The position numbers were made by a program, and so were the translations under genes. From assembly GCA_032718475.1 (NCBI GenBank), contig JAUCBJ010001668.1, positions 4,019-68,018 of the forward strand: a DNA stretch of 64,000 nucleotides, in the 5' to 3' direction. Position 1 is the stretch's first letter, and every line of letters begins with the position of its first letter. The stretch comes from Nemertoderma westbladi. Taxonomy: Eukaryota > Animalia > Xenacoelomorpha. Of the stretch, positions 11,334 to 23,255 are shown one piece after another. Under the pieces are notes generated by a model. That model saw nothing but the letters and a program-made list of their open reading frames with translations. It was not told the origin of the DNA and did no database searches.

Positions 11334-12916
11334 CCCTATTAGTACCGGGCTATAAAATGTTGTACAAATACCGGGGGGGGGGGGGGGGGGGTCATATTGA
11401 CCCCCCTCCCCCCCCCCCCCCTCTGAAATCTACAAATATTTACGAAAACGTCTGATTTTTTGTTTGTACGTAGGTATCACTTGTCTGGATCCAACCGAAA
11501 AAAAAAATTTTCGAAAAAATGTACTGATGTACTGGGGTGGTTATTATGCAGCACCAAAATTACAAGTAGTGCACAATTTTCACAAAATTTGAAAGTTACA
11601 TTTTCGGCTAATTATTTTTCAATACAGGTTTTCTGGGGTGCAAAATACATTGGAAAATATTTAAAAATGATATGATTACTATAAATGGCTGTTTAGTCCT
11701 CTCTGCGTAGGAAAAAAATGAAAAAAACAAGTAACCAGCACTTTTCAGTTAGAACACAAAATTTTTAATTCACTTATACGATGCTATAAATTCACATTTT
11801 CAGGTTTTCGAGGGCGCTGATTCTAATGGAATACATTTCTAATATGCCAGATCATTGCTACTTGTATTTTTCGGCGTAATTTGGCAAATTTTGGTGCTAG
11901 CACCAAATTTCGTACCCATCACCAAAAAGTACAAGTTTGCGATGTCCAGTGTTGTTTTTATTGATTCCATCGGATTTAGGACCCTCATAAACCCGTATAA
12001 TGCAAGAAACAAGGTTTACTTATCAATTTGCATAATTTCCAAAATTTGGTGCTGGCACAACAATTATCACCCACCGGCGAAAAATACAAGTTTGAGAACT
12101 GTTATGAAATTTTTACTGATTCCATTGAATTCAGAACCATCACAAACCCGTATAACGCAAGAAACAAGGTGACACAATCAATTGATATATTTGATGGTTT
12201 TCAAAATTTGGTGCTAGCACCACATTTTGCACCCACATCCGAAAAATACAAGTTTGAGATGTCTAGTTCGATAATTATATTTTCCATTTAATTCAGAACA
12301 GCCATACACCTCTAAAACGCAAGAAATAAATTGTCACAAGCAATTTTACCTATTGAATGGATTTTCAAAATTTCGTGCTAGCACCAAAATTTACACACAT
12401 CACCGAAAAATACAAGTTTGATGCGCTTGGTGCAACTCGTATATATTTCATCGAATCCAGAACACCAAAAAACCCCAATTGCGTAAAAAACAAGTTTCAA
12501 ACAATAAATTTACAAAATTGACTTATTTCAAAATTTGGTGCTGGTACCAAAATTTGGCACCCACCGAAAAAAACAAGTTTGAAATTTCTAAATCAATTTA
12601 TATGAATTCCATTCAATTTCTAACACCAAAAAACCGGTGTAAATCAAAAATAGAGATGTTACAATTCATATTTAATGAAATGTAATTTTCAAAAAACGTC
12701 TCAAAAAAAGTGTCAAAAGTAGGGTTAAAAAATGGTGCTATAACTCAAAAAGTACCCAATATTTTTGAAAACGGTTTTCACTACTAGGAAGACAATAGAT
12801 TTTTAGGAAAAGTCATAAAATTTCAGATTCCCAACTGCGTTTGTTTCAGAATTATAATAAAAAAACCACGGGGGGGGGGTCATATTGACCCCCCCCCCCC
12901 CCCGGGTTTAATAGGG
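11334..12916 (+). mobile_element. Complete non-autonomous piggyBac-type MITE (~1.58 kb)
   Basis: TTAA on both sides (11330-11333, 12917-12920), termini CCCTATT...AATAGGG, subterminal polyG-TCATATTGA-polyC hairpins, and internal ~140-bp repeats with AAATTTGGTGCTAGCACCA. No real ORF. Confidence 0.85.
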
Positions 12917-13099
12917 TTAAGGGTTTCTGTGGTCGTTGTGGTGAATTCCGTCAGGCCTAAGCCAAGTTGAGACAATCTCACAACCTGTAATTTATGGTAT
13001 GGATAAGTATGGTCTATCCAGTTCTGTCTCGTCTTATGTTTGGTCAGTAAGTCCCCCTTCCCCTCCCAGTAGTCATGCAGTATTAATCATGCAGTATTA

Positions 13100-15680
13100 A
13101 GCGTTGCTCTGCAATGGCGCCGAGAATGGTGGGTGCCGATTTATTGTCTGGTGGTTCGGTTGACATGGTCAATGCTACTACCGGTTAGAGGGCTGGCTCG
13201 GTGTACGCAGTCTTCCTTGAAAGTTCCTTTGTGGATGCCCCCAGCCATCCGCTTTTCTGTGAGTTAGATCCTACAACCCTTCCATCCACAGACCGTAAAA
13301 CTGTTCAGCATATGGTCCAGGCTGAGGATCTAAAAGAGCTCAGGGGACTTTTCCACCACCTAAATGGAAAGGTCATTTCTCACGAGGAGAAACTGGTGCA
13401 CATAGCCCTTCAGTATTTATTGGAAGTCGCAGCTGAGGTTGGGAAAGGAATTAATGCCCGTGATTCGAAGGGGGAAGATACTTCTCGGCAACCCTGATCT
13501 TCTGATCGATCTCCACAAATTTGTGCATCTCAAAGTGCTTATGATCGGGACCAAATCCCTCAGAGTTTGTTAGCGAAGCAGACCATTTCCGCTTCATTGC
13601 ACTCCCCTTCTAAGGGAGATAGTAGTGGGCTGGGTTCTTGTCCCGCCCTCCCTGTTACAAATCGTGTGGTTCAAAATGGTTCGAATTGCGCATCATATCG
13701 TGTCCTGGGTTCCACTGTCCAGTCAACCTAGCAAACCTGTCATTCGGTCATCGGATGTGGTACTGGTTGTATTGAGAGGAAATAGAGCGGCAACTACATC
13801 TGTCATTGCGGCTGGTGGATCTGGCCAGCATTCGCCTCCCTCGATTAATTCTTGCCAGAGAATAGATTCCGTTGGTTTTATTGTTCTCTTATGAAAGAAA
13901 CCGGAAAAGAGCTGTTGGTATCGGATCGGGGAAGTTTAATACCTCCCTCGGGAACTCCCAACTTCATCACGCTCCTGCAAGGGGCAGTCGAGTTTTTGTG
14001 TCTCGTTTTCAACCGTCCACTAGAGTCGAGGATATTGTGGCATTTCTGAAAGATGAACATGAGCTTGTTGTGAACATTGAGGAGAATCTGGATCGAAAAG
14101 AAACTTCATATGTCTTTTATCCTTACTGGGAAGAGCGATGGTGAGGTGGCTAAGACACCTGGCCTGACACCTGGCCAGAGGGGACTATTGTTAAACGTTA
14201 TGGTTATACGGGTGGGAGTGGTGGGCGCAAGTGAGGAAAACTGTAATAACAATGGCCCAATATGATAAACTGAAGATTTGTTCTTATAACTGCGAGGGTA
14301 TTAGAAACAACCTAAAACGTGATTAAGGAATTGTGTAGTAATTATGATATAATTTTTTTGCAAAAAAACTTGGATGTACAAACAGGATATTTGTAATTTT
14401 AATAAAATTCACCATGATTTTTTAGGTGATGGGTTGGCAGCAGTCGATCTAGAGGATGGTCCACACCGTGGTCGCCCCATGGTGGACTACTAGCCATCCT
14501 TTGGAGGGAGACTTTAACCTCTTTAATTACAATCAAAAAATTCAACAGTAATAGGTTAATGGGAGTAACAATAGCTACTGATACTCAACCGATATTGTTG
14601 ATAAATATATATGTGCCTTGTGACTCAACAGACAACATTGACTATTTTATGGAACTGCTAGGCAAATGTTATACTATTTTCTCTGATTTTTCTGGCTCGC
14701 AATGATGTAGTTGGTGAATTTAATGCCAACCCAGATTGTAATTTTGGTAGAGAACTATAATCTTTTTGTACTTGGTCAAGTTTTATACTCAAGTGATATG
14801 GTTAACCTTCCTCGTAATACTTTTATCTATATCAGTCATGTCCATGGTACTACCTCGTGGCTGACCACGTTGTTTCTACAACTTCCTTCCATCAATCTAT
14901 TTCTAATTTAGTAGTTAATTATTGATATGTCGGTTATTGATCACATGCCAGTCGGTTTTAACATTTGTGCTAATTTTTCCTATCCAATTGATAGTAATAA
15001 TAACTCTGAATTTTTTGTCACTGGTAGGCGTAGACCCAATTGGGTAAAAGCTACACCAGAAATGAAAAACAATTATTTCTCAGTTTCTAATAATTTACTT
15101 AAGAATATTTTTGTTCCTTAAAAAAATTATTACGTGTAGTGATACTCATTGAACAAATGTTATGTTGATGTCATTGAATGTTTGACCAAGACTACAGCCA
15201 GCTGTATTCCGAGTGCCAAACACGATTCTAGTACTGGTTGTCATGGTAACAAAATTCCGGGGTGGAATGATATTGTGAAATCGAAACGTGAATCGGCGCT
15301 GGAGGCCTTTCGGATTTGAAAGGAGAATGGGTGCTCGAAGTCGGGTATTGCTTGGGAAGTTAAAAGTAAGACTGCAGCACAATTTAAATTGGCATTACGA
15401 AACTGTAGGAAAAATGAAAACCAAATCCGCGCGGACAAACTCGCTGATTCTTTTGTGACGCCACCGAAAGTTTTTTTGGAAAGTTTCAAATTCGAAAACT
15501 CCACGTAGTAAATCGGTCGGTAGCACCCACACTGATCCTGATATTGTAGAGCTATTCAAAAGTAACTATGAGACTATTTTTAATTCTGTTGGTGCTGACC
15601 CTATTGATGTTACTTTTGTAAAGCTAAAATTTGATGACTGGAATGGATCTGGGCGGATCCATATTGGTCCAGGTAATATA
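13100..15680 (+). mobile_element. Decayed non-LTR retrotransposon (ORF1 remnant plus APE endonuclease), 3' truncated
   Basis: ORF1-like VFVSRFQPSTRVEDI...WPEG. From ~14265 broken APE motifs: LKICSYNCEG, YDIIFLQ, GRP.GGLAILW, INIYVPC, IDHMP. Many stops and frameshifts. Confidence 0.7.
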
Positions 15681-15877
15681 CTGGTATATATATACTGGTA
15701 TATTGATCCAGGTAATTTGTAATTGTATTCACAGTACTGTGGTTTCCTATACCTGTAATACACAATAGGCGGACCTGCCATATAAGAAGAGACTGTAATA
15801 CAACCACCACAAAATAACTATCAATAACATGTTCTGTAACCCCCTTTATAAATAAGTTTTCACTACTGAAATTTCTC

Positions 15878-16039
15878 TCACAGACCAGGAATGTTGTCCT
15901 TCAGGAACTGTAAGTTGTGTGATATACGGGAATAAACTCCAGGATAACCCCGATTACCGCAGCCAGCACCCCAGCTAGTGACTCCCACTAGTTCCCAGAC
16001 ACCACCATTGTTACACACAAGTGGTCCGCCAGAGTCTCC
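15878..16039 (-). CDS. Terminal exon of host trypsin-like (S1A) serine protease, gene A
   Basis: After acceptor TTCTTGTAG it reads [53 protein letters not shown]. Not in the ORF track. Confidence 0.93.
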   Translation of the reverse strand, partial: GDSGGPLVCNNGGVWELVGVTSWGAGCGNRGYPGVYSRISHNLQFLKDNIPGL

Positions 16040-16799
16040 CTACAAGAAAATAAATGCAATCGGGTTAAATACAATCTGGGTGGAAAATGTTATAAGTAAA
16101 TTTAATGAAGATATCCTTGGAAAAAAATAACCCAATCCTGGGCATTTTTCTTTCCAAGTGTGGCAGGGGAGGGGGTGGGGGATGGGGATGAATGGCTCCA
16201 ATGAATTTTAATGAGGTCATATTTATATGGGAGTAGGAATAGTTATAGTGGAGTGGCTTAGAGAGATAATAAGGTGAAATTGTGACAATAGTATCAATCG
16301 TGCCTTTCAATTTCATTTTCCTTAGCAACATTGATTTTACATAGCAACAAGGTAACAACTAACTATTGCATAGGTGAGATTATTTCCAAAATTATGGAAA
16401 ACAAACTTTAGTTCAATGACTTCTACATAGTTACCAATTTAGTTTCCGGAGAAATGGAGACTAAATAAGCTCATTATATTTGCCGAACTCAAAAACACTT
16501 GTTCCAAAAACATTGATACGTTATATCATAAACTATAATGGTTTTTGAAGGGAGGGGGGGGGGGGGAAGACACCCTGGTGTTTTTTTTAATTGGTTTATA
16601 TCTCCAAGGTGGTTGAAAAGGGCATTGAAAACGATACACCATCTAAAAGAGAATCATCAAAACTAAAAAAAAATTTGAAAAAAATTGTTTCCCTAGCGGC
16701 TGAGAGCGGCCTGAGATAAAAATTATAAATTAATTAATAAAAAATCGCTAAAAAGACTACTCGTTATTTTCCATTTTTAGTCTCCATTACCATGGCACT

Positions 16800-17030
16800 T
16801 CCCCAGCCTTACATTGTTTTCCCCGTGAGGACCAGCCAGTGCATAATCTTGTACTTTGGCAGCCTCATGGAGTGAATGATCATGGTGGACAGCCCATGAC
16901 TTTCTTGAGACGCATCTTAAAGGACACTGGCCTAGAAGATGCGAATGATCTACCTAATATCATGGGTGATATGGAGTTGTGTCGCCGCAATTTTGTCAGC
17001 TGCACAACATTCTTTAAAAAAAATAGATAT
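16800..17030 (+). mobile_element. 3' fragment of an RTE-like non-LTR retrotransposon ORF2 (intronic)
   Basis: NLVLWQPHG...GQPMTF...KDTGL...MGD resembles the C-terminus of RTE-like ORF2 proteins. Confidence 0.45.
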
Positions 17031-17520
17031 AAATAATGCAGCTGCATATGATAGACATGGAGTTATATTATGGTGATGTTTAGTGGAATTAATTGAATCC
17101 TATTTAGAAGACGTATATTACACTACACAGTGTAGTGTACTACAACATTGAAAGGGTAGCTTTTAACTCATCACAAACAACTTCGATATCTAGGAAATTA
17201 AGGTATATAGCATTTTTTATTTTAACATTACGTGTTTGCAGAAAATACTTTATTTGCTGAGAACAGTACCAACAATGTCGTTACCGGACTACCTGTGAGA
17301 CAGAAGGAAGCCTACCCGTTCTACCTTCAAAAATGCTTAACCAATTCTTCATGGTTTCATGTAAGTATATATTTTAGACGGTGTGGATTAGGATTCCTTA
17401 ATTTCTACGTTCGCTTATTTGTTCTACTGTATTGTGGTTCTTTATTCTACTTTATTGTTCTTGTGTGTCCTGCTGACCTGATATTATTCTGATAAAAAAT
17501 TGTTTGATTTTAATTATTAC

Positions 17521-17541
17521 CTTGCAAGAATCCCTTCCACC
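17521..17541 (-). pseudogene. 3' piece of the penultimate serine-protease exon, split by the Polinton
   Basis: Minus strand GGTGGAAGGGATTCTTGCAAG|GTAAT = GGRDSCK plus a splice donor, in phase with the GDSGGP exon. Confidence 0.88.
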
Positions 17542-17856
17542 AGTAGTATAGGATGCTAGCCCCTCCGCACAAAGTCACCCGTAGCCCATCATTACCATCC
17601 ATTTCTGGTACTGCAGCCAATCAGAAGCCACCATTTCAACCTTTTGCAGTGGTCGTTATTATTTCAACCAATCAGATGTCAGCATTTCATCCATAACCAT
17701 GGTAACTTCTCAAGTTCCCGCATCTTCCGCTAGAGGCGTTATTAGTCACCCAACGCTAGTACTGCATCCAATCACCAACCTTTATTTTACAGGTGTTCGA
17801 GTGTCTACACTTAGCATCAGGTAACTTCTATTATTTTTCAAATCGCTATTTTTCAC
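17542..17856 (+). repeat. Polinton left TIR
   Basis: Reverse complement of 36045-36359 with 2 mismatches found by eye; contains three CCAATC motifs. Confidence 0.97.
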
Positions 17857-18437
17857 CAACCATTCCATATTCATCTTCACATAGCCTAACCTCACGATGC
17901 ATGGCTAGCCCCCATCCCATCGCTACTCAATCCACAGCTGTTACCCACCCAACCACCCACCAACCAACCAATCAACGGCGATGTTTGCCTAACCCTACAG
18001 TTATTCACCTTTTCACAACGTTACCACCACTGCCACGTTACCACCACCACTGTATACTGTATATGGTGACGACGTGGCCACCAACTACACGCATCGTGCA
18101 TATATTATATCGATTGCCAAATCCACGACTGCTCTCGCCAAATCAACAAACCAACTAGTATGATACATGAGATTCCGTCACGTTCTAGCTACGCGTATAC
18201 GAGTATTAGTGATCATTATTACGCAATAATTTTTTTGTTTATACAGTAGTTCCCTACCAGCTAATCAACCAATCAATAAACCGAATTTAGGCTATTTCTC
18301 AGTTTAAGACCTGTATTATTTTTGAAAATATCTTATATATATAATCTCTTGCTTTAATCGCAATTAATCATTTGTAATGGTTTTAGTTTAAAAGTTTTTA
18401 CTTTGTTTGTTTGATTTACAATAAAATAAATTAAATA

Positions 18438-18884
18438 ATGTCTTCTGATTCCAATATGGTTATGCCAATGGTAAGGCATTCATTTTTTGCAGAAGATGGT
18501 CAAGCCTATATTGTTATTGATTATACAATTTACCGTCAGGGAGATGATAAATATAAAATTGAATTTTCTGAAAAAGCCAGGAAAGTTTTAAGCTCAATTG
18601 ATATTGATGCTTCTGATAATAGTATTCATCTTTTAGATTACAACCTGAAAGCTGAGCATGGGGGAGGAAAATTAAGCAACATTTTACTATTATCCATGAT
18701 AGAGGGATTTATTGTTATTACACAATACAACGAAGCTGGTGAAAAGTTTGAAATACGGCTAAATCGGCATAGCCCCTACGAAATTATGTCTTTCTTTATT
18801 GTAATGATTTCAAAAGAATCCTTTGTCGAACCTGAAGAATCAGCGGATAATGTTGAATATGTTGATAATATCATTGATTCTTGA
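18438..18884 (+). CDS. Polinton hypothetical protein (148 aa, acidic C-terminus)
   Basis: Clean ORF with AAATAATG start context and upstream TATA-like and CCAAT motifs; no family recognised. Confidence 0.65.
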   Translation: MSSDSNMVMPMVRHSFFAEDGQAYIVIDYTIYRQGDDKYKIEFSEKARKVLSSIDIDASDNSIHLLDYNLKAEHGGGKLSNILLLSMIEGFIVITQYNEAGEKFEIRLNRHSPYEIMSFFIVMISKESFVEPEESADNVEYVDNIIDS

Positions 18885-19053
18885 CTTTTCCCTCTATATT
18901 ATAAATATTTTATGATTATATATAAAATTTTGTTGTTTTTAAATAATCGAAAATTGTAGTAGTATTTGTATATACAGTATAACAGTTTTGTTTGTTTGTT
19001 GTTGTTGTTGTGTATTGTGGTAATTATTTTCAATTTACTTTAAAATTTGGAAA

Positions 19054-19509
19054 ATGGATATTTTAAATGAAAAATGTCCAGTTTGCTATTCTAAGTTATT
19101 GCAACAACATCGAGATTATTATAAATGTGAAAATAAACATGCAACTTGCGTACAATGTATTGTACAATATTCCAAAATGAATAATTATTGTTCTAAAATT
19201 TGTCCTATTTGTCGCGCATCCATATCTAAGTTTAATATAAAGTTGGCAAGATACCAACCCTATTATTGGAAAGAGCTTCGCAATATAACTTATATTTCTG
19301 CGAAGAAAAGTAATGATCCTGGAGATTTATTTACAATATTGGAGAATATTTTTTATAGAAACGTAGTACGACGCTGTTGCTACTATATTCCTTATTTTAT
19401 TAGCAGCGAACATAAAAAAATCATTAGCGCGAAATTCTCGGGAAGTGATTTCCAAACCGCCGATGTTACCTATCATTATTTCGCGTATAAAGATGCTCAC
19501 CATGCTTGA
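19054..19509 (+). CDS. Polinton RING-finger protein (C3HC4-like, putative E3 ligase)
   Basis: CPVC...CENKHATCVQC...CPICR pattern. Confidence 0.8.
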   Translation: MDILNEKCPVCYSKLLQQHRDYYKCENKHATCVQCIVQYSKMNNYCSKICPICRASISKFNIKLARYQPYYWKELRNITYISAKKSNDPGDLFTILENIFYRNVVRRCCYYIPYFISSEHKKIISAKFSGSDFQTADVTYHYFAYKDAHHA

Positions 19510-19722
19510 AATTACATCAGTCTATACTATAATTGGAAATAGCACCTTTTGCTGCAGCGAGCGTCACATACTGTAGTTGTGTCATATGTTAATTAAATAT
19601 ACAGTACTCTAATATTATTGTAGTTCCAACAATTATTGTTATATACATAGTAATGGTGTTGGTTTATTGATATTGATATTATATTATATTATATTGTTGA
19701 TATATCTTAATAATAATAATAA

Positions 19723-20403
19723 ATGGCTGACTTTAATTCAGGCCCATATAATTTAAACTTTCAAATGGGTACAAGTATGATAATTTCAGGGCCATCTGGT
19801 TCCGGAAAGTCAACCTTTGTGGGGAATTTAATTAAACACAAGAATGGTTGTTTCAACGAAGCCCCCTTGCGAGTATTGTATTGTTACGGGAGCAATCCCC
19901 CGACTATTCCTGGTATTACTCACCTTTACAAAGGCTTGCCTGAAAATATAGATAGTTTAGTCAATAGTCGAGATTTATTAATTATAGATGATTTGTTAAC
20001 AGAAACTGAGTCCAGTACAGCTTTAACTGTATTGTTTACTAAGGTGGCTCATCATTCCAATATATTTATTTGTTTTATAACGCAAAACATGTTTTACGGT
20101 GGGAAGCATAACCGCACAAGATCAATTAATAGCCATACTTTAGTATTAATGAAAAATCCGAGAGACAGTCTATCGGTTTTAAATTTCGCGAAGCAGATGT
20201 TACCAGGGCAGACCAAATTTTTAGTTGATTCCTATCAAGATGCGACAATTCAACCATTTTCACATTTCTTAATTGATTTACGACAGGAAACACCCGAACA
20301 TTTAAGATTTAGATCTGATATATTTCGTAATCATAATTGTTACATTAAAAATTACACTGACTATAAACGTAGCGAAAATAATAATAATAATAATGATAAA
20401 TAA
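19723..20403 (+). CDS. A32/FtsK-like DNA packaging ATPase
   Basis: Walker A GPSGSGKS, Walker B LLIIDD, LFTKVAHH, ITQN, KNPRD, FLIDL...LRFRS. Confidence 0.93.
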   Translation: MADFNSGPYNLNFQMGTSMIISGPSGSGKSTFVGNLIKHKNGCFNEAPLRVLYCYGSNPPTIPGITHLYKGLPENIDSLVNSRDLLIIDDLLTETESSTALTVLFTKVAHHSNIFICFITQNMFYGGKHNRTRSINSHTLVLMKNPRDSLSVLNFAKQMLPGQTKFLVDSYQDATIQPFSHFLIDLRQETPEHLRFRSDIFRNHNCYIKNYTDYKRSENNNNNNDK

Positions 20404-20432
20404 TTAATATTTTGTAACAATTAATAGTAACA

Positions 20433-20814
20433 ATGAATAGACTTGTGCAGAAATATCGTAACGAACTGGAATTTCTACGCAGCGCTACCCCTCAACAAAG
20501 AACTTATTTTATTAACCATACCGCCAGTAACGAATTAATACGGCTCATTGTAAATACTGCATTAAATGTTCTAAAAGGTAATGTACAATTGACCCCTCAT
20601 TCATTTAGAAATATTCGCCGCTATAAGAAGGTAGAAATCACTCAACCGTAAAACAAAAAATATATCAAGTTACAGAAAAAAGTTAAGCAATCAATCTGGA
20701 GGCATACTACCGTTTCTAATACCCTTACTCGGCATTGGTGCGAAACTTGCCGCGAGTGCCGGTGCCGCTGCCGCGGGGGCTGCTATTGCGAAAAAAATTA
20801 ACCGTGGACGGTAG
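20433..20814 (+). pseudogene. Small basic Polinton virion protein with protease-site motif and hydrophobic tail; frameshift near 20632
   Basis: ALNVLKGNVQLT motif; the +1 frame continues ...KKLSNQSGG|ILPFLIPLLGIGAKLAASAGAAAAGAAIAKKINRGR*. Confidence 0.7.
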
Positions 20815-20820
20815 GTAATA

Positions 20821-20991
20821 ATGGTTAAAACGGGAGTAACATTTAGAAAATTATATTTAGTATCGAGTAAACCGTTAGCTACTGATTTAAAACCACAAGA
20901 TATACCTAGAGTAAATACTACAAAAAGAAAACCCTTTAAAACATCAACTTCGAAGAAAATAATTAAAAAATTTCAGTTGTTCTTACGGTGA
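20821..20991 (+). CDS. Small basic Polinton ORF (56 aa)
   Basis: MVKTGVTFRKLYLVSSKP...FQLFLR*, tightly packed between neighbouring genes. Confidence 0.4.
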   Translation: MVKTGVTFRKLYLVSSKPLATDLKPQDIPRVNTTKRKPFKTSTSKKIIKKFQLFLR

Positions 20992-21042
20992 TGCCCTTTA
21001 TAAGAGATTTGAATATACATATTACTTGCGGTTGTCGAAAAG

Positions 21043-22133
21043 ATGCCTCGCAAGATGAAACCGATTTTAACCCGAAGCTTAGACAAAAAACTGTTAAGAA
21101 TTTATTTAGATCCTTCATCCCCTGCGGGATTTGCAAGTGTTGCAAAATTAGCAAAAGCTGCAAACATCAAACCGGCGCAAGCCCAGAAATGGTTGAGCGG
21201 ACAAAAGACATACACCCTTCACGCTCCACGTAGACAACATTATCCAACATCTAAAATATTTACGGGAGGCATAAAAGATATATATATGATAGATCTGGTG
21301 GATATGCAGCAATATAAATCGCAAAATAATAATTATAACTATATATTAACGTGCATTGATGCCTTCAGTCGGCTTGCTTTTGCCTATGCTATGAAAACAA
21401 AAAAGGGTGTTGAAATTATTAGTATATTGCAAAAAATATTCCAGAAAGGAAAACCAAACAGAATCGCCACGGATCAAGGTTCTGAGTTTCTAAATAAATC
21501 TGTAAGGAAATATTTAGATACGTAGGTATACAGTATTACGTAATGTATTCTGTGAATAAGGCGGCTATTGTCGAGAGATTCAACAGAACCTTAAAAACAA
21601 AGATGTTCAAAATTTTCACGCAAAGGGGAAATAATATTTGGATAAAAATTTTACCTAAGCTTATCTCGGCTTATAATAGGTCGTATCATAGAACAATACA
21701 AATGACACCTATTGAAGTTAATAAATTTAATGAAACTGAATTAATGAATAGATTATATGGGAAATATAGACAGATAAATCACAAGAAAATAAAATTTAAA
21801 GTTGGAGATACAGTACGATTATCTATTGCTCGTACTGCTTTTGCTAAAGGCTATCGAGAACAATGGACACGTGAATTATTTATTATTCATCGGGTCAGGT
21901 TGGATAGAGTACCAGCGGTAATGTTCGATATTAAGGACAGCACCGGAGCTATAATAAAGGGCTCATTTTATTCTCACGAACTCCAAAAGGTCCACCCGAA
22001 TAGTAATATTTATCTAGCAATTGACAAAAAAAATATTGGCAAACTTAAAGAACGTGTACGCAATGGGAAGAAAGAATATTTAGTCCGATTCATCGGATCC
22101 AAGAAACAGTCCTGGGTACAGCATATTCAATAA
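21043..22133 (+). pseudogene. Retroviral-type (rve) integrase with C-terminal chromodomain-like segment; single frameshift near 21522
   Basis: YTLH, IDLVDM, CIDAFSR, TDQGSEF, VERFNRTLK, YNRSYHRTIQMTP, FKVGDTVR, KGSFY, EYLVRFIG...SWV. Confidence 0.93.
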
Positions 22134-22382
22134 GCTTAGGTTTATACTGTATATTAATTCATTTTGGTCGCATATGACCGTAATTAATCAATAATATTAA
22201 CTCGAATGATATTACTATATCTATAGTTCATCCGCTTTAAATAAAGCTAGTAAAATATTGATCCCTCACATATACTGTAGAAGATGCTGGCAATGAACGT
22301 GGTCACAGATGTCTATAATTTAACATTATACTGTATGTACAAAGGAGTCAAGTAGAGAGAGCGAGCTTAAATAATAATAATA

Positions 22383-23255
22383 ATGGCCACAGATACATAT
22401 ATCACTCTACTTTCAGATAGCTCATTGAACACTTATCCCAATAATAATCCTAGTGAGTTTACTGTTGATTTAGCCGAAGAATTATATATTGGTCCAAACG
22501 CTAAAATTGGACTTGCCGAACTTCAATATCAAGCAACATACAGTAATATTACGCTGCAAACTCAAATCTCACTGTCAATCGGGGTAGATGCAAAAGATGC
22601 CAAATTATATAGTTTATTTCCTGGTATGCATAACTCTATTCAAGTGATTATTGATGATATAAATAAACTGTTTAATTCTGAAGCGAAATATAGAGATTTC
22701 GAATTCATTTTTAATACAAATAATTCTAGAATTAAATTTAAATTTCCTAAAAAGTTGAAAAAAATACAATTAAGTCTACGCGGCGATTTAATACAAATTC
22801 TAGGCTTAAAACCGTTATTGGATCGGAATCATCCGGATATTCCAAATTGGGATATATACAGTACCACTACAGTTGATGAATTAAGCAATATAGAACAGCC
22901 GATATTAATTTTAAATTATAGCGGGCCAAAAATTTCGGAAATTGGCATTTTAGATTTTCCAGCTCCCACGAATATAACACGTAATAAAGACACTATCTTT
23001 ATATACACAGATATTATTAAGAGCTCATTTGTTGGCGACGCTTTAGCTCCACTCTTAAGAACCTGCCCTTTAACCCAATTAAATCAAAAATATATTAATC
23101 ACGAATACGAGAGCATTTGCTATTTCCCATTGTTGAATAAAAAACTAAAAACAATCTTAATTACTTTACGTGACGGCCAAGGCCAATTAATTAACTTCAG
23201 CGGAGGTCGCACTGTTATAACACTTAAGTTAATACGGGGTGGCGGCGATGGATGA
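22383..23255 (+). CDS. Minor capsid (penton-like) protein 1
   Basis: YITLLSDSS...YPNNNPSEFTVDL, IYTDII...VGDALAPLLR, YFPL, ITLRDGQGQLINF. Confidence 0.8.
   Translation: MATDTYITLLSDSSLNTYPNNNPSEFTVDLAEELYIGPNAKIGLAELQYQATYSNITLQTQISLSIGVDAKDAKLYSLFPGMHNSIQVIIDDINKLFNSEAKYRDFEFIFNTNNSRIKFKFPKKLKKIQLSLRGDLIQILGLKPLLDRNHPDIPNWDIYSTTTVDELSNIEQPILILNYSGPKISEIGILDFPAPTNITRNKDTIFIYTDIIKSSFVGDALAPLLRTCPLTQLNQKYINHEYESICYFPLLNKKLKTILITLRDGQGQLINFSGGRTVITLKLIRGGGDG

Noticed and set aside
11273-12685. Short ORFs in the MITE copies (also 49900-50755)
   Set aside because: Non-coding repeat-derived frames with no transposase motifs.
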